From assembly GCA_012513515.1 (NCBI GenBank), contig JAAZCA010000036.1:9045-73044 (forward strand): 64,000 nt of DNA, written 5' to 3'. The notes below the pieces were generated by a model. The model saw nothing but the letters and a program-made list of their open reading frames with translations. It was not told the origin of the DNA and did not search any database. This stretch comes from Myxococcales bacterium. Its GTDB lineage: Bacteria; UBA10199; 2-02-FULL-44-16; JAAZCA01. Both the position numbers and the translations under genes were made by a program. Every line of letters starts with the position of its first letter. The first letter of the stretch is position 1. This document shows positions 57,961-64,000 of this stretch, one piece after another.

Positions 57961-59136
57961 TCAGAAACGCTTGTAGTCGAAGGATATGCTCTCCGCGTTG
58001 CAGAGCCTTTTTTCGATGCAGGAGTTGCACTTTACATCCGGATCTATCTTTTCCCATACAGTTGGCGTTTCCATACAGAGATACACCTTGTGCCGCGGGA
58101 GTTTGGACAGGAGTTTTTCGTACAGCGGTCTGTATGCATCTTCGCGTATGAAGCGCAGATAGCGCATCTTTCCGTTGGAAGGGACGAATTCGCCGGTGTA
58201 TATCTTTGTGTCAGGAAATCTCCTCGATGCGATACGAGAAAGGTCTTTTGGAAAACGAAGAAGCCCTAAGCTTATCCATGATATCTGCCTAGGCTCGAGT
58301 TTTTCAAATATTTTGTCGACGACGTCGAGGTATGCTTGGATCTCCGATGTCGCATCTTTTATTATTATGATGGGATCGAAGTGAAAGCCGACCCCGTAGC
58401 CCGCCGATGACACTTTTGCCGCAGCTTCTAGCCTTTCTTCAAGCGATGAGGTGTTCCTCTCTTCGGATGCGATATAAGCCGGAGTGTTTATTGACCACGA
58501 AACCACGGTCCGGTTTCTGTGACGAAGTTCCATAAGCGAATCGACGCAAAGCGACTTTGTTTTTAGCTCCAGAATTGCATTTTTTTTTGACGCGAAGAAT
58601 GGGACTAACAGACTCGCCGACTCGGTGATCGGGTCGAGCGCTAGACTATCTCCGAGTTCGCCGGTTCCGATACGGAAGAACTTTCCTTCCTCCTTGGCCA
58701 GAAACGCTGAAACCTCAGCCAATATTTCCTCGACGTTTACGTAGACGGTGGTCCGTGGATTGTTGTACAGGTACGACTGCAGTATGCAGTAGCTGCATTC
58801 CATCGGGCATCCCGAGACGAGATCCAGAACGCGATAATTGCAGCAAAGATGTCCTTCTCCTATTCCTTGGCAGAGTTTAAAAGCCTGACCTTTGTGGGCT
58901 GTAAGAACCATCTGGTTTTTGGCGCTGGCCGCGTCGGTCGGACGTTTGAGGGTTCTCACATCATCGACGATATCTACTTCGATATCCTTGAGTTTGTTCA
59001 TGATGCGTATCGTTTGTGGATGATCGGCCACGGATGCGTCGATCCAGACGTGTTCCGGCGTGAAGGGAAACGCACTAGTTTTTATTTTTCTGGAAGGCAG
59101 CCTTCTGACCTTCGAATCATGAGCAACTGTGGACAT
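57961..59136 (-). CDS. spore photoproduct lyase (SplB)-family radical SAM protein
   Basis: CxxxCxxC motif 'GCPMECSYC'; N-terminal 'FTPEHVWIDASVADHP' like SplB N-terminus; 391 aa. Confidence 0.7.
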   Translation of the reverse strand: MSTVAHDSKVRRLPSRKIKTSAFPFTPEHVWIDASVADHPQTIRIMNKLKDIEVDIVDDVRTLKRPTDAASAKNQMVLTAHKGQAFKLCQGIGEGHLCCNYRVLDLVSGCPMECSYCILQSYLYNNPRTTVYVNVEEILAEVSAFLAKEEGKFFRIGTGELGDSLALDPITESASLLVPFFASKKNAILELKTKSLCVDSLMELRHRNRTVVSWSINTPAYIASEERNTSSLEERLEAAAKVSSAGYGVGFHFDPIIIIKDATSEIQAYLDVVDKIFEKLEPRQISWISLGLLRFPKDLSRIASRRFPDTKIYTGEFVPSNGKMRYLRFIREDAYRPLYEKLLSKLPRHKVYLCMETPTVWEKIDPDVKCNSCIEKRLCNAESISFDYKRF

Positions 59137-59200
59137 GGTTGCACCCTTACATATTAAGTATAGTTCTTGTCATGAATTTTTGTGGTCCCTGACGAAAAAA

Positions 59201-60172
59201 TCAGGCGCGATACCATTCGAAAATCTGCTGCCACTTCTGTTTTTCGAACGCATCCTGAATTTTCTTGATGACCGCGTCGAGCTCTCCGGGATGTGAGAAC
59301 TGGCATTCCAGTTTCATGTTTCTGTTTTCGAAATACGGATCGGCGACGACCCTTGCCGAATCGGGGAGTTCCAGCCCCTGAATCAACTCTGCGAGCTGAC
59401 GCTGCCTCTGAGAGAGCTGCGGCAGGCGGATACCCTTGAGGGCCTTCCTGAGCGCATTGACTTTATCGGCCGAAGGTGCGGCCGGATTGGCTACGACCTG
59501 AAGCAGCTGGTAGCGATGAAGTATTTCCTCGACCGACAGCGCATCACGAGCTGAAATCTCACGCAGAAGCGAGAGCAGCTCGTTTAGCTTATTCGTAGAA
59601 GGGCGGATGTGAGTCAAAACCGCCAAAAGCGCCTGCTGCGTGGACGGGGTGAACTCAGCTATTCTGCTGGCTGAAGAAAGCGCGATATCATTGTTTACCA
59701 CATGATTCTTGAGTGGTTCGGTGAGCGCGCCCAGAGAGAGCAACTGATGGAGTATCTTGAAACTCTGTTCTTCACCCAACAAGGGCAGGAACTGTTTCGT
59801 GAGATCTTCATCGGACATCGAATAGAACTGTTTCAGCTTTGTGAGTGCGATGCTCTTTTCGACCAGATTCAATCGGCGCGATATCGCGTTGTCGTGCAGA
59901 TTCCACAGAAATGCCTGCGTCGGCGACAGGTCGTTGTGCTCATAGAGCATCGCCGGGATAGATTGCCTCTCCAGCTCCTGCATAGCCAAAACGCGTTTGT
60001 AGCCGGTGACTATCTGGTATGTTCCCTCCGGAGTATGCCGCACAGTGATCGGCTGGATGATTCCTACCTGCTTGATCGAACGTTTCAACTCCTCGATCTT
60101 AGGGGAAAAGGTTATGCGGTAGCTGTCATCCGCAATGTTTAGACTGGAAACGTTTATGTATTGGAGTAACAT
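59201..60172 (-). CDS. ParB/Srx N-terminal domain protein (ParB-like nuclease/CTPase fold) with helical C-terminal region
   Basis: 'PITVRHTPEGTYQIVTGYKRVLAMQEL' matches ParB box (GxxRxxA-type arginine patch, one Arg replaced by Lys); immediately upstream of SPL-like gene on same strand. Confidence 0.6.
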   Translation of the reverse strand: MLLQYINVSSLNIADDSYRITFSPKIEELKRSIKQVGIIQPITVRHTPEGTYQIVTGYKRVLAMQELERQSIPAMLYEHNDLSPTQAFLWNLHDNAISRRLNLVEKSIALTKLKQFYSMSDEDLTKQFLPLLGEEQSFKILHQLLSLGALTEPLKNHVVNNDIALSSASRIAEFTPSTQQALLAVLTHIRPSTNKLNELLSLLREISARDALSVEEILHRYQLLQVVANPAAPSADKVNALRKALKGIRLPQLSQRQRQLAELIQGLELPDSARVVADPYFENRNMKLECQFSHPGELDAVIKKIQDAFEKQKWQQIFEWYRA

Positions 60173-60246
60173 GGCGGCGGATAATGGAGAAGTCCTTCCA
60201 GAATTGCAATATTAATCTTTATCCGAATCTGATTTTTTGAAAAATT

Positions 60247-60735
60247 TTGGAGGCCTCTTTGATGAAGGAAAAAAATCTCGAAGAAACTTTTATGAAAGCC
60301 GCTGTGGCACAGGCGGTGCGGGCGGGAGAATTAGACGAGGTACCAATTGGAGCGGTTGCGGTTTTGGGCAACAAAATAATAGCCAGGGCGCACAACCTTC
60401 GTGAAAAAAAACAGGATCCGCTAGGTCACGCCGAAATTTTGCTGATCGAAAAGGCGGCGAAAAAAATGAAAAGCTGGAGGCTGGATGGCGTCACCATATA
60501 TGTTACATGCGAGCCTTGTGTGATGTGTGCGGGAGCTATTTTGCAGTCGAGGGTGAAGAGGGTTGTATTTGGCTGTTTCGATCCGAAGGCGGGAGCGGTA
60601 GGTTCCCTCTTCAACCTGTCGAACGATAGAAGGCTAAATCACAGATTCGAGGTGAAAAGCGGGGTTATGGGAAAACAGTGTGCAGCTCTCCTCTCCGAAT
60701 TTTTCAGGCGGAAGCGGAAGAAAAAATGCAAATAA
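60247..60735 (+). CDS. tadA: tRNA-specific adenosine-34 deaminase
   Basis: 'HAEILLIEKAA' and 'CEPCVMCAGAI' CDA zinc motifs. Confidence 0.85.
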   Translation: MEASLMKEKNLEETFMKAAVAQAVRAGELDEVPIGAVAVLGNKIIARAHNLREKKQDPLGHAEILLIEKAAKKMKSWRLDGVTIYVTCEPCVMCAGAILQSRVKRVVFGCFDPKAGAVGSLFNLSNDRRLNHRFEVKSGVMGKQCAALLSEFFRRKRKKKCK

Positions 60736-60786
60736 CATCTCCTCTCCTCACAAAAAACCCGCGCTTTCGCACGGGTTTTTTTGTTG

Positions 60787-60873
60787 CGGAGAGGGAGGGA
60801 TTCGAACCCTCGGTACCCAGAAGGGTACAACGGTTTTCGAGACCGCCCCGTTCGACCGCTCCGGCACCTCTCC
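60787..60873 (-). tRNA. tRNA-Ser (anticodon CGA)
   Basis: Reverse complement GGAGAGG...CCTCTCCG with 3-bp D stem, anticodon loop CUCGAAA, long variable arm, T arm GAGGG-TTCGAAT-CCCTC. Confidence 0.9.
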
Positions 60874-60876
60874 AGT

Positions 60877-61246
60877 ATTTGCGTTATGCTGGCGACGACT
60901 GTAGGTCGGTGCTAGTCATTACGCAAATACTGGCCCGCCAAAGTTTTAGTGGCGGGCTCTTTCAGCAAGTTTTCAACAACTTTTCTGCCTTCGCCTGTTT
61001 TTAGAAATCGTTCACATTTCATTGCGTTATGCTGGCGACGACTGTAGGTCGGTGCTAGTCATTACGCAAATATTGGCCCGCCAAAGTTTTAGTGGCGGGC
61101 TCTTTCAGCAAGTTTTCAACAACTTTTCTGCCTTCGCCTGTTTTTAGAAATCGTTCACATTTCATTGCGTTATGCTGGCGACGACTGTAGGTCGGCGCTA
61201 GTCATTACGCAAATACTGGCCCGCCAAAGTTTTAGTGGCGGGCTCT
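60877..61246. repeat. tandem direct repeat, about 144-bp unit x 2.6 copies, each with two GC hairpins
   Basis: Unit 'ATTGCGTTATGCTGGCGACGACTGTAGGTCGGTGCTAGTCATTACGCAAATACTGGCCCGCCAAAGTTTTAGTGGCGGGCTCTTTCAGCAAG...' recurs at about 60877, 61021, 61165 with 1-2 mismatches; third copy truncated. Confidence 0.85.
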
Positions 61247-61508
61247 CCACTGAGGTTTCTGAGTCCTCGATTTAAGCACTTGATGATGACAATATTTCCG
61301 TCATTCCTGCACTGTAAGCCGCTTTCTGCGGCGGGGCAGGAATCCAGTTACGGACGTTCAACTCATAACCGCACATACCTCAACTTTCGACCTTGAAGCC
61401 GAATCCCCCTACAACAGGCAAAAAGCTTTGTCTAGATCTCATATCGGTTGTCTAAATCATGCCCCTGTAGTATCGGCCCTCTCTTAAAATTGAAGAAAGG
61501 TTGGGAAA

Positions 61509-62540
61509 ATGGAAATAGCGATAGTTGGACTCCCTCAAAGCGGGAAGAGCACTCTTTTTAAAATAATGACCGGCGTGGACAGCGGCTCGCAGCTCTCCGA
61601 GGTCGCTGTGCGCGGCGTCGCGAAGATCCCCGACGCGCGTTTTTTGAAGCTGGTGGAGATTTTCAAGCCCGCGAAGGTGACTCCTGCCTCCGTGCCGTTT
61701 GTGGATATCAACGCCCGCGGCGAGGGAGCATGGTCCGTAATAAGACAGAGAATCGGATCAGCAGATGCGATCCTACATGTCATAGATGCCTTTACCGATT
61801 CGGATACTGTGAAACTCACGGATAAGTACCAAAAACTTTCGGTGGAGATGGCGATAGCCGATCTCATAATGGTCGAAGCCCGTCTCGAAAAACTTATGAA
61901 GATCCCGGCGGCGACGCTGAAGCCTGAGGAGAAAATACACAGGGAACTTCTTCCCAAGGTGAAGGATATGCTGGAGTCGGGCGGCGGGGTGAGGGATGTC
62001 GATATGTCCGATTTCGAAAGGGACTCGCTGAAAAGCTTTTCATTTCTTACGATCAAGCCTGAGATGGTGGTCGTCAATGTAGCAGAGGGAGTTTCCGGGG
62101 TAGCCGCTCAATTCGTTTCGAAATCGCCGGTCGGTCGAAATGCCATAGAGATCTGCTGCAACATAGAGTCTGAGATCGCCGAGCTCGAACAGGCTGAGCG
62201 CGAGGAGTTTATGAAGTCGCTAGGGATCGACGAGCCTGCCTTTGCACGAATCATCAGGGAGGCCTTTTTGATGCTAGGCCGCATCTATTATTTCACCGTC
62301 GGCGAGGATGAGGTGAGGGCGTGGGTCATAAGAAAGGGCTCCACCGCGCCACAGGCGGCCGCCGCTATACACAAAGATTTCGAACGTGGTTTCATCAGGG
62401 CTGAGGTCGTCGCATACCATGACTTCATAAACACCGGCTGCGATCTTCATAAGGCCAAAGCTGCCGGCAAACAGCGACTAGAGGGAAAGGAATATATCGT
62501 CGCGGATGGTGATATTGTAAATTTCAGGTTTAATGTGTAG
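61509..62540 (+). CDS. ychF: Obg-family ribosome-binding ATPase YchF-like (divergent)
   Basis: Walker A 'GLPQSGKST', C-terminal TGS-like 'AAIHKDFERGFIRAEVVAYHDF'. Confidence 0.7.
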   Translation: MEIAIVGLPQSGKSTLFKIMTGVDSGSQLSEVAVRGVAKIPDARFLKLVEIFKPAKVTPASVPFVDINARGEGAWSVIRQRIGSADAILHVIDAFTDSDTVKLTDKYQKLSVEMAIADLIMVEARLEKLMKIPAATLKPEEKIHRELLPKVKDMLESGGGVRDVDMSDFERDSLKSFSFLTIKPEMVVVNVAEGVSGVAAQFVSKSPVGRNAIEICCNIESEIAELEQAEREEFMKSLGIDEPAFARIIREAFLMLGRIYYFTVGEDEVRAWVIRKGSTAPQAAAAIHKDFERGFIRAEVVAYHDFINTGCDLHKAKAAGKQRLEGKEYIVADGDIVNFRFNV

Positions 62541-62631
62541 AGATCAGTGGCCCTGATTTTTATCCCTCAATTGTGGCTGCCTGATCCCTTATTTCCCCTT
62601 GAAACGGGGCCGTGTGCGGAACGTACCTACT

Positions 62632-62719
62632 TGGCGGAGAGAGTGGGATTCGAACCCACGTTACCGTTAAGTAAACACGCTTTCCAAGCGTGCGCCTTCA
62701 GCCTCTCGGCCATCTCTCC
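62632..62719 (-). tRNA. tRNA-Ser (anticodon GGA), CCA encoded
   Basis: Reverse complement GGAGAGATGGCCGAGAGG...CACGC-UUGGAAA-GCGUG...GGGTTCGAATCCCAC TCTCTCC GCCA, long variable arm. Confidence 0.9.
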
Positions 62720-62800
62720 AGAAGCGGGCGCAATAGAGCATAAGGCCATTTCCAGGGCAACTCATTTTTGCATGAGCGGGGTTTCGCAGATCGCTAGATA

Positions 62801-63826
62801 TTACGGTATCTGGTTCTGCTTCGTGCTTAAGTTTTCTGCGCGCCTTGCCGATTTTTCAAGTAGTGAAAAGATGAGAGCCGATGTGAACGGGATAGCTTCG
62901 CTGAATTCCTCAAAGCTGAGCGTCCCCGATAGTATGGATGCACCGGCTTCTGCGACAAACTCTCCCCAGTCTTGGCTGTAATAGCAGGATTTCGTCAGTC
63001 TTTCTAGTGTTACGAATTCCTTTTCGCCCCCGGACTTTATGGCCAGCATTGCCGCGACCCAGCCTTCAGATCTTTCACCTCCATGAAGCGAGTGACACAT
63101 CTCATGAAGAAATATTGGGAAGACTTCTCCATATTTCCTGTCGAATTCGAAGAGGCGCACGAGGTTTTTGGAGCTGCAAAATATTCCCCCTACGTCTGAG
63201 AGGGTACTGAATCCGTAATACGTTGAAGTATTGGGATAGATTTCTATTCGTTTTACGCTGCTGAAAAGTGCGATGGGGCTTTTTGACATCATCCTCACTA
63301 TTCTCGATCGTCTTGCTACAAATGATTTTCTTTCATCTGCCACAACTTGAAGAGTGATCTTCCTTTTAAATTCGGGGGTGAAGATGTCTATGGCCTGAGT
63401 GAAGATTCTTTCTGCAACAAGGTTTGCGCCTATTTCATTGATCTCCGATGTCGCCGGTATTGGGTGCCGGACTGTCGGAGTTTTTAAAGAGGCTGGATTG
63501 ATTTGCGCGTAAAAGTGTGTTTTAAAGAAATTCCTGATTTCATCGGTGGATGCCTCCCGCCATCTCCTGTTCGGGAGGGATTTGTGGAGTTTGATATTCC
63601 TGTGATCTCCGGATCCGTTTAATTCGAAATCTCCGTAGTTGGTCGGCTCCGAGATCGGGTTTATGAAAAAATCCGTGTTTCCAATTCGTATCGGATACTG
63701 CCTGTACATCTTTCCAAATTTATCGGTTATCACTCCTATGGAGGGATAACTCCTTCTTGTCAAAGGGGCAACCTTTTCGCCTTTTGGAACTGCGAAGAGA
63801 AAGCGTTCGCTGCTGTTGAGGTCCAT
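62801..63826 (-). CDS. hypothetical protein with HExxH zinc-metallopeptidase-like motif
   Basis: 'FLHEMCHSLHGGERSEGW' motif; no further family recognised. Confidence 0.4.
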   Translation of the reverse strand: MDLNSSERFLFAVPKGEKVAPLTRRSYPSIGVITDKFGKMYRQYPIRIGNTDFFINPISEPTNYGDFELNGSGDHRNIKLHKSLPNRRWREASTDEIRNFFKTHFYAQINPASLKTPTVRHPIPATSEINEIGANLVAERIFTQAIDIFTPEFKRKITLQVVADERKSFVARRSRIVRMMSKSPIALFSSVKRIEIYPNTSTYYGFSTLSDVGGIFCSSKNLVRLFEFDRKYGEVFPIFLHEMCHSLHGGERSEGWVAAMLAIKSGGEKEFVTLERLTKSCYYSQDWGEFVAEAGASILSGTLSFEEFSEAIPFTSALIFSLLEKSARRAENLSTKQNQIP

Positions 63827-64000
63827 GAGAAAATGCGGATTGGCATTTTCACCTTCGCTTTCGATTATCTCCGCTGTATCGGCCTTGTGCGCTTCGTAGG
63901 CTCTTCCTTCGTACGCTATGAATCTGATGTCGGTCAGGTCGGCGTTTTCTATCCTGACAGGGGTGTTTCCTTTTTCATCGATTTGGAAGGCGAAGTAGCC

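Noticed and set aside
60874-61250. Possible CRISPR array
   Set aside because: Units are contiguous direct repeats of about 144 bp with no unique spacers; length and layout are wrong for CRISPR.

Overview
The window is a 64-kb chromosomal segment that looks like a Gram-negative, probably anaerobic, bacterium. Support for Gram-negative: TamA/TamB, a TonB-dependent receptor, OmpA/Pal-like and Omp85-type genes. Support for anaerobic metabolism: pyruvate/2-oxoacid:ferredoxin oxidoreductase, several ferredoxins and radical-SAM enzymes. Gene density is high, with many 1-4 bp overlaps between neighbouring genes. All calls rest on recalled motifs, not database searches, and all coordinates are hand-indexed. 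Main content, left to right:
- DsbA-like fragment, adenosine deaminase, tamA-tamB.
- A minus-strand 4-gene 2-oxoacid:ferredoxin oxidoreductase operon in which the delta-ferredoxin subunit is fused to a GltD-like NAD(P)H flavoenzyme.
- CDF transporter, then priA and def-fmt-rpe.
- elbB, rlmH, PolX, ferredoxin, RluA-family synthase, asnS, galU.
- A cobalamin-riboswitch-controlled B12 uptake locus: btuB-like TonB receptor, two uncharacterised surface lipoproteins, btuF/C/D.
- An orphan DPPY methyltransferase, then a tRNA cluster (Val-CAC, Arg-CCG, a 5'-half pseudo-tRNA, Ala-CGC).
- An AT-rich islet with a CPBP/CAAX protease, then prfC and a CHASE2 adenylate cyclase.
- An envelope-remodelling neighbourhood: M48 peptidase, YcbB-like L,D-transpeptidase, BI-1/YccA, OmpA-like, an HExxH peptidase, EamA transporter, YcbK/DUF882.
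- mgsA, a long transketolase-family protein, an aminotransferase, an otsB-like HAD phosphatase, galT.
- A tightly overlapped DUF362-ferredoxin/DUF4438/small-exporter operon, an OMP beta-barrel, an NHL-repeat protein.
- A ParB-like protein upstream of a spore-photoproduct-lyase-like radical SAM enzyme, then tadA.
- tRNA-Ser(CGA) beside a 144-bp tandem repeat array, ychF, tRNA-Ser(GGA), and an HExxH hypothetical.
The most unusual items are the ParB-like/SPL-like radical SAM pair, the two beta-propeller-like lipoproteins inside the B12 locus, the 144-bp tandem repeats and related GC-hairpin repeats beside tRNA genes, and the GltD-ferredoxin fusion in the OFOR operon.
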